A stretch of 64,000 bases of DNA. Source: Paraphysomonas bandaiensis. Its lineage: Eukaryota > Protista > Chrysophyceae. The DNA is taken from positions 86,941-150,940 of the forward strand of contig CBFFRP010000442.1 of the NCBI GenBank assembly GCA_965644295.1, read 5' to 3'. Under the pieces are notes generated by a model. The model was not told the origin of the DNA and made no database searches. It worked only from the letters and a program-made list of their open reading frames with translations. Both the position numbers and the translations under genes were made by a program. Below are positions 12,386 to 23,480 of this stretch, in pieces (position 1 is the first letter of the stretch; each line of letters opens with the position of its first letter).

Positions 12386-12832
12386 CTATGAACTATCATT
12401 GTCATTTTCACTCTCTGAAGATGAACTCGTTGAGCTAGAACTAGAACTAGGAATGCTGTCGATACCAATACCCTGGTCCTGAGTAGTCCACGGGTCTGCA
12501 AGCATACTATTTTTAAAAAAACGATGATCACCGCTTGTATTAGTTGTTTCCTTGGTGGGTACATCCAGCACTTGGAGTGCAGGAATGTCCGGTTCAAAAT
12601 CAATGCATAGTTCTTTCGGGTGCACCTTTCCAGACAACACTTGTTCGCGAGTTAGATCTCTCCACGGATCTCCTATCATATCACGCTTCAGATAGTTTCT
12701 GGAGGCACCACCTCGCCCCGAACGACCCCTGCCGCCACGTCCTCTGTCAGACTGCTGCTCACCACGACCGTAGTACGACTTGTTTCCTCCACCCCTACTG
12801 TTTCCACGCCCTCTATTATTTCCATAGTTCAT
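12386..12832 (-). CDS. RGG-rich protein with two MPLKIP/TTDN1/SICKLE-like motifs
   Basis: ATG 12832 (MNYGNNRGRG...). RGG tract, then NYLKRDMIGDPW and FFKNSMLADPW, resembling the Y/F-x-K-x-S-M-L-x-D-P-W motif. Ser/acidic tail. Confidence 0.65.
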   Translation of the reverse strand: MNYGNNRGRGNSRGGGNKSYYGRGEQQSDRGRGGRGRSGRGGASRNYLKRDMIGDPWRDLTREQVLSGKVHPKELCIDFEPDIPALQVLDVPTKETTNTSGDHRFFKNSMLADPWTTQDQGIGIDSIPSSSSSSTSSSSESENDNDSS

Positions 12833-13357
12833 ACTATTCGATGATTGAGCTGTACATCTTGAGGGGCCATTAGACCATCTGCATAAGATCACATCTCGAA
12901 ACATGCAACTCTGAAACACACCTTTGGCGCTTCCTGCTACTGCCGAATTCAGTCGGTAACATTACAGAATATTGTCAGATGAAATCAACTACAGCAATGT
13001 GTCTGATTCGAGCTCAATGATGCTCCGCTAAAGTGTGAGCTGCTACCTACGTAGAGGAGTATATCCGAGTATACCATACGAAGCAGCCCATGTGGATGTT
13101 CCGAGGTGCTGTATAGTACCCGTTTTTCACGAATATCATCCTTTTCTACCTGAAAACCAGGCTTTTTATACAATACAGGCCCTACTTGTATGCAAACCCC
13201 CAGTCGCACTTTACGCTATACGCTATACGGTATAGAGTATACTGTACTGGAAGCATTGGCACTGCGACTGACTGTATCTGTGACTGAGGATCCAGAGGGC
13301 CGCATCATCATCATCATCATCTCATTCTTCACACCATACATTTCATCATTTCTCTTA

Positions 13358-14778
13358 ATGTCAGGCCTGCAATTAAACTCCGAATCTTCTTCAGTGAAGC
13401 GCATCTCTGTGATCGGTGCCGGCGCATTCGGCACATCTTTAGCTACAATAGCCGCTAGGAACGGCCACGATGTGATCCTGTGGGCCCGAGATGAAGCCGT
13501 TGTCAGTGGGATCAACACGAACCATGTGAACAATAACTATCTGTCCACCTTCACGCTGTTGGATAATATATCAGCCACTAGTGATGTCAGGGAGGCCTTA
13601 ACTAATGTGGATATGATTATACTGGCGCTGCCTGCTCAGATTGTTCCGGACTTCTTGCGTGAAAATAAAGACATTATCGACCCTGGAACACTGCTCTGTA
13701 ACTCTGCGAAAGGGCTGTATTTGAAAGAAAAGTGCTTACTATCAGAAGCTATACCGCCTGCAATGGGTACGTTCTTATTGTCGCACTCAAGCCTTTCATC
13801 ATACGTTTCCTGTCACACCCAGGTCGTGACCAGCCGTATGCTGTGCTATCTGGTCCTTCTTTCGCCAAGGAAATGATGCTTGGACATCCAACAGCCGTGG
13901 TCGCTGCTAGCAAGTACCTCTACCATTCTGTAACTATTCAGAGGCTTTTGTCATCCTCAACTTTCAAAGTTTTCACTTCACAAGATATACTGGGTGTCCA
14001 ATTAGGTGGTTCGCTCAAAAACCCATTGGCTATTGGGGCAGGGATAATTGAGGGCAAAAAACTAGGTAAGTAATAATGATGGATGTTTAGTCTCACGTAT
14101 TGGCATGTATGGTATATTGTATTGCGGATTATAACGTGTTCCCGCTGTGAAATCGCGTCACATTTGCTTTCTAAATGAACGCGCTATTTATGTGTTCCAT
14201 ATCAGTGTCAACAACTAATGGTGTACTTGCTTAGGAATCAATACTCTAGCTTTCTATCTTACGCGATCGTCCATTGAGCTCATGAGGCTATGTCAGGCGA
14301 TGGGGGGAGATCCAGGAACTATCAGTGGTATGGGATTTTCACATGTCTTCTCCATTTCTGTAAATCTTGTGTGCCCCCACTGCAGAAAGTGCATATGTTT
14401 TCACGTTGTTTGCTTACGATCATATGTAGGGTTGTCTGGAATAGGAGATCTGATGTTAACTGCATTTGGAGACCTGTCTCGAAACCGTAGTTGTGGTTTG
14501 CGTATGGCGAGAGGAGAGTCTGTGTCTGATATAACTAAAGATATGACTGTGGAGGGGATTTACTCTGCAAAGGTATATACCGTAGTGTAACTGTGAGGAT
14601 TACGGTCACTGCTGGCTTGTAGGTGGCGGTGAGCTACGCTGATGCGTGTGGTCTTGAGTTGCCTATTTTTCGCACTGTTGAGGCTATCATAGACGGTCGA
14701 ATGACACTCGAAGAGGCCCAAGAGCATCTTATGGGCTTACCTTTGTCTCGTGAGCGAGTGGCAACTAGATCTATGTGA
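13358..14778 (+). CDS. gpsA: NAD(P)H-dependent glycerol-3-phosphate dehydrogenase (GpsA-type), 5 exons
   Basis: VIGAGAFGT Rossmann motif, LSGPSFAKE, GGSLKNPLAIGAG, GLSGIGDLMLT...SRNR. Four GT-AG introns; stop TGA at 14776-14778. Confidence 0.93.
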
Positions 14779-15233
14779 AGCGTTTTGTCGCCCACACTGT
14801 TGTAGTACTAGGTTGATATTATTAAATTACTGCTCAATGTGAAAATTAAATAGTCACCGTAGCGAATTACTTCGTATGCAGGATGCCCATTTTATTAAGA
14901 AATGGATTATATTTCCTAAATATCCTAGACTCTATTGGAAGAAGTACTGGTTGAATGCATTCACCCCTTTCAATGACAAAAGCCTCAATAGCAATATCTA
15001 TATCACTTCTTCGAAACACGAACTCGTTGGGAGACAATTTCGTGTATTATACTTGCCCCATTCCGTGAGCACGCTTTAGTAAAGTGCTAGTGTTGATTAA
15101 ATTAAGTAATGAATAGACACTTATTAAAATCCCGGCGTACTTTTGTGTGTGGTGAAATATATTGCCAGCAAAAGTAAATAATAATAATAATTTTAGAGAT
15201 CAATAATAAATTATAAACATATAGCAATATATT

Positions 15234-15377
15234 TGGGCCCTGGTATTATTAATGGTCCATTAATGGTAGTCCAGTTCCCGGCAATTAAAATGGCATTTTA
15301 ATGAAAAATGTCCTGGCAATTATAATGGCCAGTAATGGCCCATTAATGCCATTACCATTAACGGTTACCAGGCCCTG
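15234..15377. mobile_element. MITE-like element with CAGGGCCTGGTA-type TIR, inside AT-rich MITE debris (~15150-15480)
   Basis: Left GGGCCCTGGTATTATTAATGG versus right CCATTAACGGTTACCAGGCCCTG; internal AATGG/CCATT repeats. Confidence 0.6.
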
Positions 15378-15540
15378 CAACATATTACGAGAGGCCAAAT
15401 CTAATAATAAATATATTGTAGCAAGAAAAAATAAATAATCAATATTTATATTGCAATCCAATATATTTTTATCTTGGCCTGGTGGTGACAATCTCCTGCT
15501 AGATCTACACTCTACACTATACTTGCATATATTCTATACT

Positions 15541-15675
15541 TGGCTTTTGCGTAACAATTAATTGGAAACATTTACCAAAAATAATAATAATAATAATTTA
15601 ATTTATTTTATAATTTTTTTGGCAATATATTTATTAAATTGGCAGTTATTGCCAATAAATTGTTACGCAAGCCTG
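15541..15675. mobile_element. MITE-like element, hAT-type TIR
   Basis: GGCTTTTGCGTAACAATTAATTGG ... CCAATAAATTGTTACGCAAGCCTG imperfect inverted repeat around an AT-rich interior. Confidence 0.65.
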
Positions 15676-16962
15676 GTCCATACATGATTACGAGAAATCC
15701 CGCTCATTCTAGAGAAGGAAGGGTCTCAGCCAATGCCACGCTAGGCCTAGTCTAGTCACGAGAAGCTCCGTGTAATCTTTGTTAGGGGATGGGAAGGTGA
15801 ACATGGCCTTGCTGGATTGTACGAATTACAGACATAATATATCTTGCATAGCTATGACAAATTCCGCGTAATCTTTGTAAAGGCGAACACGGTTGGAGTA
15901 ATAGGTTGGAATGTACTGGAACTTCCATATAAACGAACGTAAGAGTATTACGGTAGTATAAGTATGCATTCAAAAGCATGTTACGTATATATTAAGATCG
16001 GTTGGCAACAATGTTGTCAGTGGAGATGTATGCTTCACAGGCCCCTCATATCTCACTGAAACACATTCATACAATAAAACAGCATACTTAGTATCTATTC
16101 AGGGTACTTCATACTTCATACATATACATATACATATACATATGTACTTGTTCCGGCATTATTCATATAATCATTTGAGTCTTTCTACTCATGAGGAGCA
16201 TACATTATTATACACCACTATGACTACACACCGTTGAAGCCCTTACTCGTGTCTGTGAGTAGAGAGGCAGCAGCAGAGCCTCTGAATATACGCAAATCTA
16301 TCATCACATTCGCTTCGAACTACTTTCCAGATTGGTGGCTTGCGTTTTGTCTTTTCCTCGGAAGGCCAGCTGGTCAACGATGCAGAGTAGAAGAGCTGCC
16401 GACATGGGTGATAATCGGTTGCAAGATATTCGAGACTTGGCCCCGAGAATAACCCGCAGGAGTATTGACTCCAATTCACCGGCTCATTCACACGGAAGTG
16501 ACGATCAGCAGCACAGTTATAGTACTCTTATGCCCCCTACACGAGGTATTGCTCTTCCATCTTCAAGTGCCGCTGTGATTCAAAACTCACAGATAATAGG
16601 AACGTCTGGAACTACTGGAGAAAGGGGGGTTGGGCATAAATGATGAAAAATGCTGTGCAGTTACAGTTTACTACAAGTTACTCGAGCAGCTAAAACTCAA
16701 GGCGATGAGTTGCTTGCAGCAGTAACAGTGACTGATACAAATGAACAATATTTTTAGAATAGAACTTCTTATCAGAGACTAATGCTCTGGTGTGGAGTCT
16801 ACTTTAAGTTGGCAACTAGCTCTATCTAATTTCGTTGGGTCATTTTCATGCCTAGTATTTTACTTACTATTGCAATAACTAGCTAACCATTTACCATTGC
16901 GATACGCACGATAACAGTTAAGATTAACGTTATCAGCATGCTGTAAAATAGAGCCACCTTGT

Positions 16963-17750
16963 CTACGAAACACGGTCGAGATCCTTTCGTTTTTCACCTG
17001 TTAACCATTCATCTCCTTCGAATGCAGCAATGGCATCTCCATTGCTATTTGCTTTTCGCAGGTGAGAAAAAAGTCCTTCACCTATGCTAGAAGTGTAGGT
17101 CTGTCGATTTCTATCTCGAGCAACAAGGGTAGACGGCCTATGGTAGAGAGCTTTTCTACTCTCTTCCTCAACTCTTGCATCGATAATTGCATATATGAAA
17201 CATATCAATGATACTGCCACGATTGGCTTGTAAACCATAAGGCTGTGGCAATGGAGGAGTAACTTCCACATCCATTGCAGCCTCTATATCTGTAAATTCA
17301 TGAGTACGGCGCTCCCAGTATTCAGCAGTAGAATTACCGCATTCGGTACGCAAGCCATCGTATTCCAAGAGCATCTATGTAGAATACAAGCAGTGCGAAA
17401 GGCATCTTGAATGACTTGGGCAGAATAATAACACATGCCACTCCAACAGCGTCTGGCCCCACACTGACTCATAGTAGTTAGGTCTTGGTTGAATTCTTCT
17501 TGTGCTCTTCGAATTGACAATCAGTTCGATGTTATCATTGACAATCTCTCAGCCGCGTATTCATCCCCTGCCTGAATTGAAACTCTTCCTCAGAGAGAAC
17601 TTCAAAGTCCATATTGTTACTGACAAACTCTATTTCGACAGACTTACAGTCGCTTAATGATATCAACCATAGAGTTGCTGTTCCAACTACAGGCAGCAGT
17701 ATGAAAGTCTAGGAATGCATGCCTGAATCTTCAAAAAACAGTTTTCTGGT
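16963..17750 (-). pseudogene. Degenerate PIF/Harbinger-like transposase fragment
   Basis: Frameshifted ORFs join as ...QEEFNQDL...VIQDAFRTACILHR/MLLEYDG, matching the C-terminal ACxxLHNMLLE motif of PIF/Harbinger transposases. Many disruptions. Confidence 0.5.
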
Positions 17751-17959
17751 GGCATATCTAGATATCCAGGATATTGAGGTACAAAAAAGCTGTCACTAAA
17801 CTGAAAATATATTTTTGTTCAGATGTGCCTCTAATATTGAGATAATAATTATGTGTATTTCAGACGTAGTTGTACTGAAGTTATATAGAGGAGTTTTGCT
17901 TCAACTTATTTACGAAAAATTAATGCATACGTACACACTCTCATATACTCCTGCTGTAC

Positions 17960-18348
17960 GTATGTATGTATGTATGTATGTATGTATGTATGTATGTATG
18001 TACAGTATGTATGTAGGTATGTATGTGTATGTAGGTATGTATGTATGTATGTATGTATGTATGTATGTACGTATGTATGTATGTATGTATGTATGTATGT
18101 ATGTATGTATGTATGTATGTATGTATGTATGTATGTATGTATGTATGTATGTATGTATGTATGTATGTATGTATGTATGTATGTATGTATGTATGTATGT
18201 GTGTATGTATGTATGTATGTATGTATGTATGTATGTATGTATGTATGTATGTATGTATGTATGTATGTATGTATGTATGTATGTATGTATGTATGTATGT
18301 ATGTATGTATGTATGTATGTATGTATGTATGTATGTATGTATGTATGT
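17960..18348. repeat. (ATGT)n microsatellite, ~390 bp
   Basis: Near-perfect tetranucleotide array; explains the spurious MYVC/HTYI ORFs. Confidence 0.98.
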
Positions 18349-18429
18349 GTATTGTGAGGTGTGTGTGTTTTCGAGGGTATCTGCCTGGAATTTCTTATTA
18401 GTTTTGGTGAAGTGAGGAAAGTTGAGAAG

Positions 18430-21400
18430 ATGCCTGAAGTATGGTGTGTGTTGAGGTTGTTTGTGTTGTAATTGTTTTTTAGGTGTTTGATGCTATTGAG
18501 ATTTCTCATAACGATAAGCGAGAGTACCGCCACATCACTCTAGACAACAAACTAGAGGCGGTCCTGATTCATGACCCGGAGACAGAGAAGTGCTCCGCTT
18601 GCTGTGATGTTAGAGTGGGGTCTATGAGTGACCCGGAGGACGTGCAGGGTCTGGCTCATTTTCTTGAGGTATGATATGGGCGATGGATTGATGTGTAAGC
18701 GTTTGATTCCTCTTCACAGCACATGCTCTTCATGGGGACCGAGAAGTACCCTGAAGAGAATGCTTATTCGGCATACTTGAGTGCTCACGGGGGCTTTAGC
18801 AATGCGTACACTGCTCAGGAAGACACTGTGTATTATTTTGATGTGCAGAATGATCATTTTGAGGGCGCACTCGATATGTTTGCATCGTTTTTTTGGTGTC
18901 CTCTTTTTTCTCAATCTTCTACAGAGAGGGAGATGCAAGCAGTGGATAATGAGAACACAAAGAATCTTCAGTCAGATACTTGGCGGTGTTTTCAGTTGCT
19001 GAAATCGCTCTCTAAATCCGATAACCCGTACTCGAAGTTCTCAACTGGAAATTTGGAAACTCTTAAACAGATTCCAGAGGAAAAAGGGATTAATATTCGC
19101 GAACAGCTGCTACAATTCCATGCAAAATATTACTCTGCCAACGTAATGCGCGTTGTGGTATATGGTGTGCAGCCTTTGGACACGCTCCAAACATGGGTGG
19201 AAGAAAAATTCAATGCTATTGAAAATAAGAATCTTCCAACTCCGTCGTACCCATTGGAGCCATACGGTCCAGACCAGTTAGGAAAGTACGTGGAAGTTGT
19301 CCCGGTTAAAGACCTGAAAGCGATTGATATCTACTTTCCTCTTCCTTCTATGCAGAAACACTACAGGTGATAGGAGATCACCTTGCTGACTGCCTGTCTG
19401 ATGTGCGTGCTGTGTTATAGACTTGCATGTCCTTCATATAGTGTTTATACATATATATGTATGATAGTATTCGTTTATTGAATTGACTTGGGTGTACTTG
19501 CACTGTGGCATTCGCCATGTGATATAATGCTAGCTCTTACTTGCATGTGTGGGTGCTATGACATGATCTCTTGATTGTATAGGACAAAGCCCATGGAATA
19601 TATCAGTCACCTAATTGGTCACGAGGGGGCTGGATCGATTTTGTCGGCTCTGAAAGCGAAGGGCTGGGCGAATTCTCTCGGGTCATACCTTCATACGTCG
19701 CAGTCGAATTTTTCATGCTTCATGGTGAATGTTGGCTTGACTGACGAAGGAATCGAACATGTTGAGGATGTTGCTGCCATTGTATTTGGCTACATAGGCA
19801 AGTTCAATTTGGTATTGTTGAAATCGTGTGATGATATTACTCCATAATGCATTAACTATTGCGGTACTCTCTATATAATGCTTTCGTCCACGTTTCGTGA
19901 CGTAGTTATTTTTCAGGTATGCTCAAGCTGGAAGGGCCTAAGCAGTGGATAGCTACTGAAGTTCAAGAGACCTGTGCTATGAACTTTCGCTTTTTAGAGA
20001 AGACAGAACCCGCGGACTACGCGACAAGGATTGCTGAGGCCATGCACTTGTACCCTAGGTATGTATATTGACGTGATTATGTACCTAGATGGTGATGACG
20101 TATCCATTGTCATCTTGCCGTTCATCCATGCTACGGTATGTGTAGAGTAGTATTAACGGGGAAATTTCACTTCTGTTGTTGAAGCAATATCTGTTTACAG
20201 GGAGCATATCGTGTCAGGAAATGCTCTCGTATTCGATGTAGACTTGTCTCTTGTGGTCTCATCCTTGGAATATTTAACCCCATCTAACTCCATGGTTATG
20301 GTTAAGCACAAGGGACTAACTGGTAAAACTACTTTATCAGAGAGGTGGTACGGCACACAATATAGTATCAGACCGTTTACTAAACATGAAATGAGCAAAT
20401 GGTCAAATTGCCTGGCCGAAGGGAAAATTGAAAGTTCTGACGTCTGTGAACTGACTTTACCGATTCCTAACCCCTTTATACCTACTGAGTTTCAAATATA
20501 TCCGATTCCTCCAATGTGGGAGGCGAGTCATAATAAGTGTCTCAGGGAGGGTCCTCTAGTGATTGATTATGTGGTTGTAAGGGATGAGTCATTACAGGAG
20601 TGCTATGCCGTTGGTGAAGAGGGGGAACAGAATGGAACAGAGAGTTATGGGAATGGAGGTAGTATTGCAGGTTCGGACGATGAAGGGGATAGCGATAATG
20701 AAGATGGTGGACACCTACCTCCTCCTACAGGAAAAGCCCTCAGGACATGGTTTATGCAAGATTCGAAGTGGCTAGTACCAAAACTTAATCTTAGTATCAA
20801 GCTACAGACCCATTACGCGTATTCGACACCTTTAAATGTCAGTCTCTGTGAAATGTTTGCCAACATTTTAAAAGAAATATTAAATGAGTTTTCCTACTAT
20901 GCGGATTGTGCAGGCCTCTACTACGACGTGCTCAATACCAATGCTGGACTTGTGCTTACATTTTCAGGATATCACCATAAGCTTCCTGTATTAGTCTCTA
21001 AGGCCATCGAAGACATGAAAGCAATGGGATGTGGTGACTCATCTAGAGTTCCTTTCAAGTCAGACATGTTTGATCGAGTCAAGGAACGCATTTTGAGAGG
21101 ATATTTCAACTCTCTGTATTGGCAACCATATAATCACTGTGTAACTGGTACTCTATCTTGTTTGGAAAATCCACGTTGGTCTAATCCCGAGAAACATTCG
21201 GCTTTGAGTGGTGCTGGATTTGATGATTTCGTGGCATTTTCGTCGGTGCTAATGAAATGCATTTTCGCTGAAGTCTGTGTGCATGGAAATATCATATCCT
21301 TGGAAGCCAAGAACTTGTCGGCAAACATAGTATCGGAACTTGGATGTGGGGTGCTGCCAGACTCTTTGGAGCCAATTCGACGTGCTGTAAAGATCCTTCC

Positions 21401-22486
21401 TGGCGTTGAGTACGTGTATCGGCAACATAGTAGACAGTTTAATCCAAAGGAAGTCAATAGTGCTATCGAAAACACGTATGTTATATGCGATCTACCTGGC
21501 TTGTCTGCAGCCTCTTGTGTAATTTCCCCTTCGAATGTTAATACGGACACACCCCTTGCACCTCATGTTCACAACAGAGATGTGAGCACATGGAATTCTT
21601 TGGCTCTCGCAGCAACCCTAGAATTGGTTTCCCATCTCTTAATGGAACCATCCTTTGACCAGCTGCGCACGAAGGAGCAGCTAGGTTATCTAGTTCATTC
21701 TTCTCGTACGGTTGTGGGATCCCAGGTACCTATTTGTAGTTTACTATGTAGCATACATTTATTTTGAAATAGAATAGCCTGTTTCCGTTGTATTGTGAGT
21801 GCCGCTGTGAGAAGCTTCACATTGTTGCATAGATTTTGTCAGTACAAGCATTTTATGTATTGTCCTTGTTGTATTCGATATTTTTGATGTATATTCTTAC
21901 CTCTCTGTGTTATTGCGTTAGGCGGCCCTGCGTGTTATCGTGCAGAGTAACCATAAAGACCCGATTTATCTTAACACTCGCGTGGAAGCATTTTTGGAGT
22001 CCTATTTTTCAACGTTGAAAGAACTCACTGCTCAAGAGTTAGAGCATAACAAGAAAGCGGTTATTGACTCCCTGCTGGAGAAACCGAAAAATCTTAGTAA
22101 GGTCAAGTTTGATAGTTTATCATACCAAATCTGTGTAAAAATATGTCTATCAGGAATTCCAAAACTACTGGAATGAGATCACCACAAATCAATTTTTCTT
22201 CAGTCGTCGTGATAAATATGCGGAGTATGTAGCCACGATATCTCGAGAAGACTTGTTGGTATTTTATGAGGCTTTTTTGCTGCCAAACAGTGGATATAGA
22301 AGAAAGTTTTCGTCGCAGTTCTTTGGATGCAAGTCTAAATTTCCTCCCAAGTCTGCGAATGCGGAATGCTCCACGGATGAGAGCTTGAAGGAAGTCCTGA
22401 TTTCAGATCCAGCTGTGTTTAAGCGATCGATGCCTCTCATGCCGGTGCAGAACTATGAACATATGCTCCCTGTAACCTCGGCTTAG
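18430..22486 (+). CDS. IDE: Insulysin / insulin-degrading enzyme, M16A peptidase, multi-exon
   Basis: 9-nt first exon ATGCCTGAA. Inverted zinc motif LAHFLE|HMLFMGTEKYP split by an intron; HLIGHEGAGS; FDQLRTKEQLGYLV. GT-AG introns join the ORF pieces. Confidence 0.93.
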
Positions 22487-23063
22487 ATTAATTTTCAGTC
22501 AAGCGTAAGTTGCTGAATTCGAGAGTGATTAGTCTGGCGATACATCACAACGTCAAACAAAGTTGTCAGTTATGAAGTTGATAGACTGTAAGTTGTAAAA
22601 CATGCGTTAACAAATCAGGTTATTTTATGTTATTTTTGTATTGAAGCGGCGTGTCGCTAATTCTACATTGCCCTATGCTATCGCGAATTCCAGTCGCCTA
22701 GTTTAGGATATGTTATTCATTGTATAACATGTCTTCACGAAGCGAAAAACAGATTTTCTATTCAATCATAAAATGGCAGGTAGATGGTAGATAGCAATCC
22801 GAATAGCATTCGAAGAGGAAATTGCTCTGGACTGTCAATCATTTCATCGCCTGATGCTAATATCTTTGACTGTTGTTATCAGCACCATTTTCAATGTCAA
22901 AGTGGAGGAACATACCTTGTGACTGGCATATTGCAAATTAGTAGATAGAGATAGAGCTTTGGCAGGATCGTGTCAACTTATTTGCTTTCTGACATGAATT
23001 TCTTCATGTTAAATTAAATTTTTCTGAAAAAGGCATACTCGTATGCGTGGGTTTATTTAATTA

Positions 23064-23356
23064 TAACAGAAGTTGACATTATTTGCTAAGGTTTACTATT
23101 CTCAACTGATAAGATGAAATTATAAACATTACATGATAAAGAACCTAAGTTGTGTTCGATGTGTTCAACACCATTCATTTACTACTATAGTGTACAAACC
23201 ACCCACTCAGTGATCGTATCCTGTATAGTCATCCACTTCTACTTCAGTTTCATACTACATAATATAATGTACTAATTACATATATATCTTTCGATCCTTG
23301 CATCTCACATAATACTGCACTCAATTGCAAGTATATAGAATCTTCAGATCTCAACA
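23064..23356 (-). repeat. 3' LTR of the Copia element
   Basis: No differences seen versus 28063..28355. Preceded on the minus strand by the PPT (23357-23365). Confidence 0.95.
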
Positions 23357-23480
23357 CTCCCCCTCAATTGAGTGTTGTACTATGACGCCTCCCAGCTATT
23401 GAATGCCTGAGATAAAAAAATTCTTGACAGTAAAATAGACTCATCTCTAAGTCTAAACCTCTGTCTAAAAAACTCAGTAC

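Noticed and set aside
17815-18533. ORFs of MYVC/HTYI repeats
   Set aside because: Translations of the (ATGT)n microsatellite.
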